From: Eledone cirrhosa
Lineage: Eukaryota
Direction of reading: 5' to 3'
Length of the DNA: 64,000 nt
NCBI GenBank assembly: GCA_964016885.1
Contig: OZ024743.1
Span: 169,012,001-169,076,000 of the forward strand
Below the pieces are notes generated by a model. It was not told the origin of the DNA. It saw only the letters and a program-made list of their open reading frames with translations, and made no database searches. Positions 44,201 to 58,132 of this stretch are shown one piece after another; position 1 is the stretch's first letter; every line of letters begins with the position of its first letter. The translations under genes were made by a program, and so were the position numbers.

Positions 44201-45561
44201 GGTGTTGGTTGTGGTCCTCGCCCCGACGTCGACAGCAGTAGAGCCTTTCGACCCCTTGCCTCTTTCAGCAGTTGAGGCCAGAAGGCTCGCAAATGGGTTT
44301 TTTCCCCACAAACAAAACACTGCGGCCTTTTGCCTTCGGTCATAATGTGAATGACCGACCCATTCTGAAGGCAGATGTGGTCCGGGATTGTCTTCACATT
44401 CTCGGGCCTGATCTGGAGAAGGATCTCCAGGTCAACCCCGGACCAGTCCTCTCCGGCCGTTCTGGTCACTTCTATAGGGACGGTATCCGTCCCCTCCACA
44501 ATCACACATCCCAGAAGCCACCACGTCAAGTCCTGGTGGGATTCTGGGAATGCGGAGACGGGCCGTTCTTTTTCCTATGTGGGAGGGGTACATTATGACC
44601 TTGCTGGTTTTGCAAGGAGTCATAGCGTGTTTCATAGCGAGGGCTTCTGACTTGAACAACACCGAAATGGTGCCGTACTGTCTGCCGTACTGTCGGTGTC
44701 TTCTCTGATGCACCTCAGCGCGACTTCGACATCTTCTTGTGGGATTAAAGCTGCCCTTTTGTGGTTTGTGCTGAGATGCATCTATAATACACCGTTCTGC
44801 GCTCCACTGCCTGAATAGCTTCTACCGGGACAGTTAATTTGGCCCAGGTTTGCTTTTGCTTGATGAGCTTCCATGCCTGGGCCAAAATTTCATCTTTATT
44901 TGAGAGGTCCATGCTGAAGCATGGCCTTTTTTTGCTGCTGCCGCAGCGAAAGGGTTCTTCTTGTTTTCGTTGGGGGTGTTGTTGTCGTTGTCGTTGTTCT
45001 TGTTGGTGTTGTTGTTATCACTGTCGCTGTTATCATTGTTGTCTTTGTTGCTACCGTTGTTCTCGGTGCAGTTCGTATTGTTGCTGTTGGTGTTGTCGCT
45101 ATTTGTTTTCATGTTAGTGGTGTTGATATTGTTGTTGCATTTGTTATTTTTTTTTGTTATCTGTATTTTCGTTGTCGCTGTTACTGTAATTCTTTTCAAA
45201 ATTAGAGTTCCCATTGGTATCATTGGTTTCTTTGTTTACATTGTTTGTGGTGGTGTTTGTGTTATCAATGTGTGTTAATTTCGCTGTAGCGCTCCTCTCA
45301 ACTTCTACGTCGTTGTCGCACGACAGCAGACATATCGCTGGGGGCCGTGGCTCAGCCATGTTTTCTCCGTAAATTTTTTAACATGTAAAAAAAGTTCAAA
45401 TATTTGGGCCAAAAGGCCCAAATATTATACTTTCCCCTTCACAGGGCAAAGTCTAAGGGCTTATATCCCTTACACAACAAGAAATATTTAACAACAAATA
45501 ATTTTAACAGGCAAATAAAGCGACTTACTGGGAGCGAGTCAAAAAGACGTCCGAACGGACC
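41262..45561 (-). mobile_element. Tx1-like element of a more divergent subfamily; 5' end intact, 3' end lost
   Basis: Begins after (ATT)4 at 45562-45573; Asn-rich ORF1 with CFVCGEKTHLRAF; ORF2 ATG near 43536 with LSGDWNGILD, SPGLDGL, DQSKAFDRVDH. Confidence 0.9.
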
Positions 45562-45573
45562 AATAATAATAAT

Positions 45574-48500
45574 TTCTTTATTGGCCACAAGGGCTGACAT
45601 CAAGAAAAACATTACAGACGGCACAGGACGGTACAAGATGGTACGATGTGGGTTTTGTGCGTGTAAAGATTTTTATTATTTATATAAGAAACGAAAAAGA
45701 CAGAAACATATATATATATATATAAACAATAAGAATGAAAATTGAAACAATGAAAAATTCCCCAATAGGGGGGAAACCTCCGAGGGTTACTCGTGGCGAA
45801 AACCACACAAAAGACCACGGCTACCCTGACCACCGGGGTAAGCGCCCTCTCTCAATTTTTCCATCTCTCAAACTAAAGACGTATTTTCAGAGCGGTCCCG
45901 TTCACTCGGGCCTTTCTCGCTACATTCATCCACCTTTCAACAAACTTGCTAGAAGGCAGCAATTTCCTCTCCACACTGATTTTCCTCTTCAAGTGAAACT
46001 TGAAAAAGTGAAATTAGGGATTCGCCGAAGAGGAAAGTGTGTGTCTTTAACCCTTTCAACCTTGTCCACCACACAATCTCTTTCGCCATGGCCACCAGGC
46101 AGATGAAAACCGCCTGCCCTTCCTCCTCGAAGGAAGACGGTGAGACCATCTGCACAATGGACTCAGTCGATAACCGGATCAGTCCTACACGCGACAGCAA
46201 CTGTTCGACAGAGCTCCACAAGTCAGCAATGCTCGGGCACTGAACGAGTACATCTCGGACATCTCGGACAGGCTCGGCTGACGGCACTTCCGTGCCTGTA
46301 GAGCTTATCTCGGACAGGCAGCGCTCCCCGGTAGCACTGCAAGGCTAGGGATTTTTGGAAGTTATCCATAGGCCCTGGGCTGAAAGTTCTCCGGAAGAGA
46401 GCAAACAGCTGATTTTCTTCGACGCCCAGGATCTCTCCCAGAACGTCGTCGCCCTTCCCCTCCACTAGTCCTCTATAGAACGCCGGAGTGGATGTTCCAC
46501 CGAACTGGTGCCCAGCTGGCACAAGGCAGTGAGCGCCTGGAGACATTCCAGTTTCCAAGCGCTAACCATCGGTCTTTTTCTGACCCAGGACTTCAGTTCC
46601 GTCAAGGAGACGAGCTGTGGGAAAACGTGCCTGGCGAATGGCGACCACACCTGTTCACCGTCAAGGAAGCACTAGAGATGTCACAGCCTCAGCGTATGTT
46701 TGCGCATCATAAGCCATGGCATGCCCAGTCCTCCATGCAACGGGTGTTGACAGCAGATGGATCGTCTGACAATGGGAGCGCGTCCCTTCCACAAAAAGCG
46801 GAAGAGCAGGCGCTCCATTTTGGTGAGAGTTGGGCCGGGGAAAAGGACGACGGTGAGGCGGTAGCAGATGACGGATGCGATGTACGCATTCGCCACATTC
46901 GCCCGGCCTTTCAGGGACAGTTTCCTCTCGGCCCATTTCTGGGTAAGGGAGGCCACCTTGCTCGTCACCTCGTTCCAGTTTTTCTCCATCTGGAGGTCCG
47001 GTTCGAACCAGACCCCGAGCAATTTAACCAGTCTGTCCGTCCAATGCCCCACGATGCTGTCGGACGGCATGGATTTGCCTCTCCAGGTGCCGAGCTGCAA
47101 GCCCACCGGTTTCCTGGTTTATCTTTGCTCCTGTCACCGCCTCGTCTTCCTTGAGAGCGGTGCAGAGCATCTGGACGTGTCTGGTTCGCGACACCACCAC
47201 GGTGGTGTCGTCGGCGGAAGCCGACTCAGATTTCCCGCATCTTAGTTCGCGAGGGACGCCCCTCATCGCCCCCAGTTTGTGCAGCAACGGCTCGAGAGCC
47301 AATACGTACAAGAGGCACGAGAGAGAAGAACCCTGGCGGACTGAGCGCATGATGTTGAACGGCTGTTCACCCTCACAACGGGCCTGAAAACGGGCCTGAA
47401 ACCGGCTGCCCCGAGGACCGCCGCCAGGTACCGATGGGCGACCCTATCGAATGCTTTAGATTGATCCAAGTTGATTAGGGCCCCACCCAAGCCAGGTTCC
47501 TTAACCACCCTCTCTATGATGTATCGTATGAGGTGGAGGTTGTCGTGAATGGATCTGTCCGGAATGGCGCATGTCTGCGCCTCTCCCACCAGACCCTTGA
47601 CGACAAGCGCCAACATCGTTGCTAACACCTTGGCCAAAATCTTGAACTCTGCGTTCAGCAGAATTATGGGCCTGAAGTTATCGATAATATCCCCGTTGTT
47701 CGAGTTTTTTCTCAGCAGCGCCACCGCTCCCCGGCTCACAAAACTTGGAATGCTCCCGTTCTACTGCCAGTTGCAGTAGACGTCTGCCAAGAGGTCACCG
47801 AACAAGTCTGGCATAAATGCATAAAGCTCGTAGGGCAGACCATCTAACCTGGCGATTTACCCCTCGTGCAGTTCGCCATCGCTTCCCGTATTTCACCTGC
47901 TGTTATTGGCTTTTATCAACACTGTGCTGCGTTCGTCGAGAGCTGAGGCAGTCCGTCGAGGTATGCACTGAAGTCCATACCCGATCCGGGCCGCCACCGT
48001 TCCCGAACAGTTCAGCAAAGTGCTGCTGAAAAGCCTCACACATCTGCTCGGGTTCGAGCAGCACGCACCCGTTTCGGTCAGACAAAGACCGAATTGAGGC
48101 TTTGCTGCCACGTCGCGCCTCTGCCACCCGGGCACATTGGACGGTGTTTGTCCCTTCGTGTCTCAGAGCACGCGCTCTAGCTCTGACAACGCAGCCTTCA
48201 TGTTTTGCGTTGAGGAATTGGTCGAATGCCAATCTCGCCGTAAGCACGTCGGTTGCGATACCTGCCCTAAACGCCTCTTCTAGCTTTCTGACTAACTCTC
48301 AATCTACTCTATTTTCCTCTATAGCTACTCCTTTAATTGCCCTTTTCAGGGCGATCCCCCACCTCCTGTTGACGACCGCTCCCGTCAACGCCCGCTTAAC
48401 TAATACGCTAATCCGGTCTCTATAGGCTTTGCGCGCTGGGAAAGACGCGTTCAGCTTCCAGTAACCAGGTCCTTTTCTATGAAGTCTGTCTATGTCAATC

Positions 48501-48680
48501 TCGCAGATCACGAATTTGTGGTCTTTGTAGTCGACTATTTTAAATTCCCTGCAGAATACCCTATCTAGATACGATCTGGATGACCCGATGCGGTTTGTCC
48601 ATATCCACATTGGCACATTCGGATGATCCAGTCGATACCTGTCAGAGAGTTCAAAACGTCTGAGCAGGTTGGTGAGGCTC
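45574..48680 (-). mobile_element. Tx1-like element, 5'-truncated ORF2 + 3' UTR
   Basis: SYLDRVF, GYWKLN, FRPIILLNAEFKILAK, VRQGS, ASADD, GGLGMP; 3' hairpin, AATAAA, (ATT)n. Confidence 0.9.
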
Positions 48681-49268
48681 ACGTCGAATGGGGTACTATT
48701 AGATTTTTAATTCAATTAGAGTCGTCGAAATTTTCACCGACTTACGGGCATTGAGGATGACATCAACTTCGAAATCCTTAACCACCGTGAGCGTTTTAGC
48801 GAAAATTGATAGCTCTAAGAAGAAGTGGTGAAGTGATGGAGGAGTAGTAATTATTGACCTCAAATTGGATAACACGGCAATGTTCCTTGTTGCATATACC
48901 ATTGAACCAATCAATCACCGCGAAAGAATTTTTTCACAGTGCGAGAGAGGCCAAGCTTTTAATTTCATGTAAAATAGTATCTAAAATCATTTTACTAAGT
49001 CTACCTAAATCGAACTTCGTTGGGTTAATAAGCCGAATAGAGGGATTGTTGGCGAAATTGGGTTTGTGATCCTTCAGGGTAAAGTGGGGAGAAATAGGGT
49101 CCAGATTTACAGTCCGGTCCTGGATGTTGAGTTCAGAGGTGATTTTAAACCCAGCATCGTTGATGTCTTTAAAAACACTCCGATTTGTTTTCCGGTAATC
49201 CTTAGTTACAGCATTATGTAGCAGTTGATGGTAAGTACTTCGCTCCAGTTGATATAGATTGCCAGTTA
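48678..49268 (-). mobile_element. Degenerate RT fragment of the 24466-26157 PLE family
   Basis: Collinear with about 25220-25810 (FAKTLTVVKDFEVDVILNARKSV is shared). Confidence 0.88.
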
Positions 49269-49310
49269 TACATATATATATATAGATATAGATATAGATA
49301 TATACACATA

Positions 49311-49810
<500 letters not shown>

Positions 49811-49852
49811 TATATAATACCTTGTGTGTTACACCTCTATTCTTTTAACTAT

Positions 49853-49915
<63 letters not shown>

Positions 49916-49957
49916 TATGTATACATATGTATACATATATATATATACATATATATA

Positions 49958-50144
49958 ATAATTGTTTCTACTTTTGGCACAACGCCAGCAATTAACCAGT
50001 GTATTACTGGTACTTTATTTTATCGACCCCATAAGGATGAAAGGCAAAGTTAACCTCGGCGAGATTTGAACTCAGAATGACAAGGGCCGTAACTCTATGC
50101 GTCAAAGCATGGTGAAGACCCTCTACCGATACTGCCAATCCACC
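49958..50144 (-). mobile_element. tRNA-derived SINE with a Nin/Deu-like domain (resembles the abundant Octopus SINE)
   Basis: Minus strand: A box TGGCAGTATCGG, B box GAGTTCAAATC, core GCCTTTCATCCTTATGGGGTCGATAAAATAAAGTACC; family match is from memory. Confidence 0.75.
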
Positions 50145-50149
50145 ATATA

Positions 50150-50285
50150 ATAATTGTTTCTACTTTTGGCACAAGGCCAGCAATTATTCCAGTGTATTAC
50201 TGGTACTTTATTTTATCGACCCCGTAAGGATGAAAGGTAAAGTTAACCTTGGCGGGATTTGAACTCAGTCCGTAAAGGGACGTAA
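50150..50285 (-). mobile_element. Second, 5'-truncated tandem copy of the same SINE
   Basis: Repeats 49958-50075 with several substitutions. Confidence 0.75.
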
Positions 50286-50311
50286 AACGAACGATAGTTA
50301 TTTTAGATCAT

Positions 50312-50386
50312 CTCTGTTTATACATATTTCGAAGATGCAAGGCTTAATTATAACATAATCCAAAATTTGTTCTCGTCAGACAAAAT
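50312..50386 (-). ncRNA. Hammerhead-like motif related to 21036-21100
   Basis: ttttgt CTGACGA gaa..(long)..ttc GAA ATATGTAT A (a)acagag; one extra A at the cleavage site and an irregular stem II. Confidence 0.5.
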
Positions 50387-50916
50387 GCATAGAAGATGCA
50401 GGATTCATATCATATTCTGGCGGTTAAACGAGATGAACAGATCGGTGACAACTAAGCATATGATTAGAAAAAAAAACAACGCAGGAGATGTTACGTGAGT
50501 CGGAGAAAAATACAGTTGAACTTTGCGTTTTTGAAATTATTTAAAATATGACATAATTAGATTGGTAAAAAAAATATATGTTACTTATATTAGCTTAAAA
50601 TAGATACTATAACAAAAAATATATATATTATACCTAAGAAAAATTAGGATTACAAAAAGGTAAATTATCTATGTGTAATTTAAATTGGTATTATATGAAT
50701 GGAAAAATATTTAACAATTGGAATGGTTTTTTTAATATAACTTATTTGGTTATAATGCTATGAGAAAAATTTATTTAGTTCAAAAGAAGAGATGCAATGG
50801 CGTAATTTATCTTTTCCACAATTACCAACAATTTATATTTTCATTTTATCTTTTCAATTTATCTTTTCAACAATTATATTTAAGTAGGTATTAACTATTT
50901 GTGTAACTATTATTAT

Positions 50917-51266
50917 GAGAAAAGATCGTGCCTGATTGTGGGTGTGGCCTGCCCATTCGACACGAGAGTGCAAGGGATGGAGGGGGAGAAAATTAACCGA
51001 TACCAGGACTTCAAGTGGGAGGTAAAAAGGATTTGGAACTGCCATGAAGTCATAGGCGCACTAGGTACTATCTCAAAGAGTTTCCAGGGATGGTTAAAGA
51101 AAATTGGCCCCGCCCCACTTTTTGGAACACTTCAAAAGGCATGCTTGCTGGGAACAGCAAGAACCCTCCGATACGTCCAGAATATCTGAGGCTGAAGGTA
51201 GTGGCTTGATATTCATTTCAACAAACTTTCCAGTTAACTAACATCAATGACTGAGACTCAAAGAAC
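50917..51266 (+). mobile_element. Dong-A 3' fragment with (AAT)4 tail
   Basis: EKRSCLIVGVACPFDTRVQ...LQKACLLGTARTLRYVQNI* plus a 3' UTR matching 62568-62640. Confidence 0.9.
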
Positions 51267-51279
51267 AATAATAATAATA

Positions 51280-54200
51280 GGATGAAATTATAACCGAATG
51301 GATGAAAATTAAAGAATCTGACATGGGGGAACGAGACACCCTCCCTAAGATCCAGAACTCCAAACAGAACCAAAAGATAATGCACAAGACTAACATAATT
51401 CTCAAAAACATTATCATCACAAACAAACTAAACATTACTGATTTAAATCATCTCTATTATGCACCGGCTAAAGTCACCACTCACTTATGTGGAGTGAAAA
51501 TGAAAAAACAAAGGAATTCCTACAAGAAATCTACTTGGCAAGAGAACATCAATCGCCAAATAAACCTTCTCCGGACTGACATAGAAATTTTAACAAACTA
51601 CAAAGTAGGTGAACATGTTAAACAAACTAAACTTAGAAAATTGAAAAGAAAATACAGTATAAAATCAACAAGTGACATAGACAAGCTGATAGAAATAATC
51701 AAGCAAAAAGTGTCGGCCAAAGCTGCTCATATAAGGCGCTTTGAAAAACGATCTAGATTCTATAAGGACAATAATATGTTCAAAACCAACCAATGAAACT
51801 TCTACAGAAAAATTGGCAGGTCAACAATAACTGTTAAATCAATACCACCCAAGGAGGAAGTGCAAGAATTCTGGGAAAAGATCTGGGCCGAAGAACAAGT
51901 TCATAATATACATGCCCCATGACAGACAAATGAAAGATACAGCTCACCTTGAGTAACAAATATGGAAAATATAACAGTTGAACAGTTGCGTTTGGCTCTT
52001 AGAAAAACCAGCAAATGGAAATCCCCAGGAAAAGAAAAAGTACCAAATTTGTGGATAAATGCTTTCACAGAATCTCATGAACTGTTAGCCCAACTTTATA
52101 ATGAAATAGGTAAGGAGCCAGAAAAGATACCATCATGGCTAGTTAACGGCATTACATTCCTGCTTCCGAAGAATGATGAGACAAACAATCCCCAAAATTA
52201 CAGACCGATAACTTGCTTGACCATAATGTATAAAATGTTAACATCAGTCCTAACTGAATATACATATGACCACCTGATAACAAATGACCTATTTCCACAT
52301 GAGCAGAAAGGGTGTAAACGAGGCTCATATGGCTGTAAGGATCAGCTTTTGGTTAACGAAATGATACTGGAAGATTGTCATAATAGACACAAAAATCTAT
52401 CAATTGCTTGGATAGATATAAAAAAAAGCATTCGATAGTTTGCCACACAGTTGGATTGAAAAATGTTTAGAGATTTTCAAAATCTCCCGTTGTCAGGAGG
52501 TTCTTGTCTCTCAGTATGAATACATGGAAAACGACACCTATTTGAATAGTGAAACAAAATCACTGGAAGCTGGAGAAGTTAATATTAATTTTGGAATTTT
52601 TCAGGGTGACTCTTTATCACCGCTTTTATTCTGCATCGCACTTATACCATTAAGTAAAATGCTCAATGAAACAAAACATGGATATAAAGGCTATGACAAA
52701 ACCATTAATCACTTGTTCTACATGGATGACCTGAAACTATTTGCAAAAAATGATTAATCTTGATCGGGGGAATGTGATAAGAGAACTTGATCAAGAAAAA
52801 ACTTACAAATATCTAGGTGTTTGTGAAGGAGACGGAATCAAGCACTCGACAATGAGGGAAAGGATAAGGAAGGAATGTTACCGCAGAGTAAGAGCAATCT
52901 TAAGAACGGAATTGAATGCAAGGAATAGGCTCGATGCCATAAACACGCTTGCCATACCAGTAGTAACCTACAGTTACAATGTCATCAACTGGTCAAGCAC
53001 AGAGATCCGTAGGCTCGATACAAAAATTAGAAATTTCTTAACCATGCACAGAATGCATCACCCTAAGGCAAATACAGATAGAATATATCTCCCTAGGAAA
53101 GAAGAAGGACGTGGGTTAATCCAGTTAGACATTGCGTTGAAAACTGCAACAATTGGATTGTCCACATATCTAAGGGAATCACATGATTGGATGATCAAAC
53201 TCGTTTTGAAACACGAAAGCACCAAAAGATCATATTCCATTACAAAAGATGCACAAAGATACAGTAATGGACTACAAATTTCAGAAGTCCCATTTACTGC
53301 TGAAATGGAAAACACAGAAAAAGCAAAGCAGGTAAAAGTAACTGCAAAGAAAGAACTGCTACAGAAACTGGCTAAGAAATGGCAAGAAAAGCCTCTGTAT
53401 GGAAAATACCCAGAGCGAGCTAACAATCCTGATGTTGACAAAACTTTAACCCATCAGTGGTTGGCATCCTCTGGACTGAAATCGGAGACTGAAGGACTGA
53501 TTATATCGGCACAAGATCAGTATCTGCCAACAAAAAAATTACCAAGCCAACATAATAAAAAATGGGTGCAGCCCATTATGCCGTGTATGCAAAAAAACAA
53601 CCAGAGACCATTGATCATATAATTTCAATGTGCAGTCCTATAGCTCCAACCGAATACCTAAACAGGCATGACAGAGCTGCACAATACATACATTGGATAA
53701 TGTGTAAGCATTTTGACCTGCCCCATCAAAAGAATTGGTGGGAGCATCAACCACCTCCCATACTTGAAAAAGATCACATCTCAATCTTGTGGAACTTTAG
53801 CATCCAAACAGACTGAAAAATAGATGCAAATAAACCTGATATAATATTGAAGGACTTTAAAAAGAGGGTATGCCTGCTAATTGATATGTCCGTTCCAATA
53901 GACAAGAATGTATCTATAAAAACATTTGAAAAATTGAGCAAGTATAAGGACCTGAAGATAGAAATTGGAAAAAGGTGGAAATTGAGAACTAAAACAATAC
54001 CAGTGGTTGTAGGCCCTCTAGGAATGATACCTAAGGGGTCTAATGATACCTAAGGGGTCTACTTATCGCAAATCCCAGGAAACCCGCGTATAGGAGAAAT
54101 ACAAAAGATAGTACTAATGGGAACTGCCCATATACTAAGGAAGATTCTGTCAATATAAGTACATCACAAGTCTAAACACTAAGGATGCATGCGTGAATAT

Positions 54201-54298
54201 GTATGTTCTTTCTTGAACATGGCGGACCTTGTTGTCTCTTGAGGTCACTGGTTGTGACTTGGTGATAACTCGTATGAACATAAAGCAAGATCAATGCA
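51280..54298 (+). mobile_element. R4/Dong-like family B, 5'-truncated, frameshifted
   Basis: WKSPG, YRPITCL, EQKGC, GIFQGDSLSPLLF, FYMDD, CCHC, RHD and RLE motifs across broken ORFs; (AAT)n on both sides (51267-51279, 54299-54334). Confidence 0.92.
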
Positions 54299-54334
54299 AA
54301 TAATAATAATAATAATAATAATAATTATAATAAT

Positions 54335-57300
54335 GTTTTCTTTATTAACCACAAGGGTTTACATAAAGTAGACATTAAGGACAGTACATGACAATACAGG
54401 ACGGTACAAATGGGCATTTCTGCGTGTAAAATAACAGAGGATGTAATAAAATAACAAATAAAAATTCCCCAATAGGGGGGAGACTTCCGAGGGACATTTG
54501 TGGAGAAAGCCCATTAAAAATTAAAAAACCACAGTGACCCTGACCACCAGGCAAGTGCCCTCTCCCAGTTTTCCACCTTTAATTTACAGACACATACTCA
54601 GAGTAGGCCCATTCATTCGGGCCATTCCTGCCTCTCTGACCCATCTTTCAACAAAAGGCTGGGAAGAGAGCACTTCCCTTTCTACCCTGATTTTCCTTTT
54701 TAAATGAAATTTGAAAAAGTTAATCAGGGCATCACCGAAGAGGTAAGTGCTCGTCTTCAGCCCTTTCAAACCTGTCCACCATACTATCTCTTTCGCCATG
54801 GCCACCAGACAGATAAAAACTGCCTGCCCTTCCCGGCTAAAGGAAGAGGGCGGGGCAATCCTCACGATGGACTCAGCTGATAGCTGGATCCGTCCTACAC
54901 GCGACAGCAGGTGTTCGACATAAACCCACAAGACAGCAATGCTCGGACACTGGACGAGTGCGTGCAGGACGGTTTCGTCGCCCTGCACGCATCTCGGACA
55001 TGCCCGGCTGACGGCACCTCCATGCCTGTAGAGTTTATCCCGAACTGGCAAAGCTCCTCGGTAGCACTGCCAGGCCAGGGATTTCTGGAAATTGTCCATA
55101 GACCCCGGCCCGAAAGTTCTTCCGAAGAGATTGGCTAGTTGATTTTCGTCGATGCCTAGAGTTTCCCCAAGTACGTCGTCGCTCTTCCCCTCCACTAATC
55201 CTCTATAGAACGCCAATGTGGAGTTTCCACCGATCTCATTGCCCGATTGGTCGAGGGCTGTGAGCGCCTGAAGACATTCCAGTCTCCAAGCGCTCCATCT
55301 CGGTCTTCGCTTGACTCAGGACTGCAGCTCCGTCAAGGAGACAAGCTGGGGAAAGACGCGTCTAGCGAATGGCGACCACAACTGATCATCGTCGAGGAAG
55401 AGGTGGAGATGACGGGAGCCTAAGCGCCTGTCTGCGCATCATCAGCCACGGCATTCCAAGCCCTCCACGTAGCGGGTGTTGACAGCAGATGGACCGTCTG
55501 ACCATCGGAGCGCGTCCCTTCCACAAAAAGCGTAAGAGCAAACGCTCCAGCGCAGTCAGGCGGGGCTTAGGACAAGGTACGACGGTCAGGCGGTAGTAGA
55601 TGACGGACGCGATATACGCGTTAACCACCTCCGCTCGACCTTTCAGGGATAGCTTCCTCTTGGCCCATTTCTGGGTGAGAGAAGCCACCCTGCTTGTCAC
55701 CTCGTCCCAGTTTTTGGGACCGAACCTGACTTTTCCTGGTTGATCATTACTCCTGTCACCGCTTCGAATTCTCTTAGTGTAGTGCCGATCGCCTCGATGT
55801 GTTTGGCGTTCGACACCACTACGGTGACATCGTCCGCATATGCTGACACGGATCTTCCGCATCCTAGTTCGCGCGGGACCCCCCTCAACGTCTCCAGTTT
55901 GTGCAGTAATGGCTCGAGAGTCAATACGTACAAGAGGGACGAGAGAGGACATCCTTGGCGGATCGAGCGCATGATGTTGACCGGTTCCAAAAGGTGACCG
56001 TTCACTCTCACCACAGAGCAGATGTCACTGTGCATGGCAGCGATCCACCTTCTGAAGACTGGCCCATAGCCAACCACCCTCAGGACTGCCGCTAGGTAAC
56101 GATGGTCGACCCTATCGAAAGCTTTCGACTGATCTAAATTGATCAAGGACCCGCCCGTGCCAGGTTCCCTAGCTACCCTCACTACGATGTATCGCATGAG
56201 GTGGAGGTTGTCGTGGATGTATCTGTCGGGAATGGCGCATGTCTGCGCATCTCCCACCAGACCACCAACGACAAGCGCCAACCTCTTTGCTAGCACCTTG
56301 GCCAAAATCTTGAACTCTGTGTTTAGCAGAGTTATGGGCCTGAAATTATCTATGTTATCCTCCTTTTTCGGATCCTTTCTCAGCAGCGCCAGAGCTCCTC
56401 GGCTCACAGAGCTGGGAATTCTCCCGTTCTTTTGCCATTTGCACTAGACGTCCGCCAAGAGGCCTCCGAACAAGTCTGGCATCTGTACGTAAAGTTCATA
56501 GGGCAGACCATCCAGACCAGGCGATTTACCCCTTGTGCAGCCAGTCATTGCCTCCCGTACTTCAGCGGCTGTTATCGGATTTTCGCAGCACTCCGCCTCA
56601 GTGGCCGAGAGCCGCGGCAGTCCGTCGAGGTAGACACTAAAGTCCATCCCTTGATCCGGTCGGCCGCTGCCCCCGAACAGCTGTGCGAAGTGTCGCTGAA
56701 AAGCTTCACACATTTTCCCGGGATCGAGAAGCATGCGCCCGTTGTGGTCCACCAAATATCGGATCGTGGCTTTGTTGCCACGACGCACTTCCGCCACTCG
56801 GGCCCATTGTACGGCTTTCGTCCCCTCGTGTCTGAGGGCACGTACCCTAGCTCAGACAACGCAGCCTTCGTGCTTTGCATTGAAGAATTGGTCAAGGGCC
56901 AATTTCGCCGCAAGTACGTCAGTTGCGATGCCTTTGCTAAGCGCCTCGTCTAATTTTCTAACTAGTTCTCCCTCTGCTCTATTTTTCTCTATAGCTAAAG
57001 CCTTACTAAACCTAATGGACTCTATTCTAATCGTTCTTTTCAGAGCAAACCACCACTTGTTGTTGACGATGGCCCCCGTCAACGCTCGCTTAACTAGTTA
57101 GCTAATCCGGTCTCTGTACGCCTTGCGCGCTGGTAAGGACGCGTTTAGCTTCCAGTAGCCGGTTCCTCGTCTATGTAGCCTATCTAAGTCAAGCACATAG
57201 ATCACGAATTTGTGGTCCGTGTAGCTGATTATCTTGAATTGTGGACAGCCTATGCTAGACCTATCTATTTCCCTACAAAATACTCTATCTAGATATGATG

Positions 57301-58061
57301 TGGATGACCCTATGAGGTTTGTCCTAGTCCACATTGGCACATTCGGGAAATCCAATCGGTAACTGTCAGTCAGTTCAAAACGCCTGAGCAGGTTGGTGAG
57401 GCTCTTGCACCCTCCTCCCCTATCCGCTAATCCCACACAGTCTCAGCGTGCATCTAAGATCCCGTTCCAGTCGCCCACTAACACTAAAGAGCGGGACGTT
57501 CCAAGAAAGTTCTCCAGACGCCGGAAGAAATCAAGCCGCCCTGCTCCTGTTGGGGAAGAGACGGCCACTAGCCTGAAAGCTTGCCCGTCTTCGCTGGTCA
57601 CATCCACACCACCAACTTACCTTCTGGGTCCAGGAAGATGTCCCGTTTGGCGAAATCCAAACCTCTCCGAAAAAGCACAGCAACTCCCCCCCCCTCCCGA
57701 TCCAGGACGGCTGGGTGATTCGTACACATCGTAGCCGCGGAAGATCGGTGCGAAAGCCCGTGCTTCGGAGATTCTTGTCTCGCTGATGGCCACTACATCT
57801 ATATTTAGTGACTTGAGGTCGTTGAGCAGGTGGCCCTGCTTCCACAACGACCCCAAGCCACGCGCATTTATGCTGCCTATTCTGAGTGAGGTCATGTTAA
57901 AATGGAGTGGAAAAAATGGGAAATACCACTTACCTTACTTCTCGTAGAGGAAGGATGGTTTCTCTATCCCTTTTCACTTGATCGTCTGGTGAAGGGACCG
58001 TTGAATCGTCCCTTCGGCTGGTCGTCGACTGTTCTGTGAGTATATCCGAATATACTCTCCG

Positions 58062-58062
<1 letters not shown>
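54335..58062 (-). mobile_element. Tx1-like element: ORF1 end + nearly complete but disrupted ORF2 + 3' UTR
   Basis: MTSLRIGSINARGL (57895), SPGLDGLPYE, IRQGCPLS, SAYADD, CPRC; (ATT)n at both ends. Confidence 0.93.

Positions 58063-58131
<69 letters not shown>
58063..58131. repeat. (AAT)23 between a Tx1 5' junction and the Dong-A 5' end (head-to-head)
   Basis: Directly visible. Confidence 0.97.

Positions 58132-58132
<1 letters not shown>

Noticed and set aside
50040-50144. tRNA gene
   Set aside because: A and B boxes are present but there is no cloverleaf; it is a SINE head.
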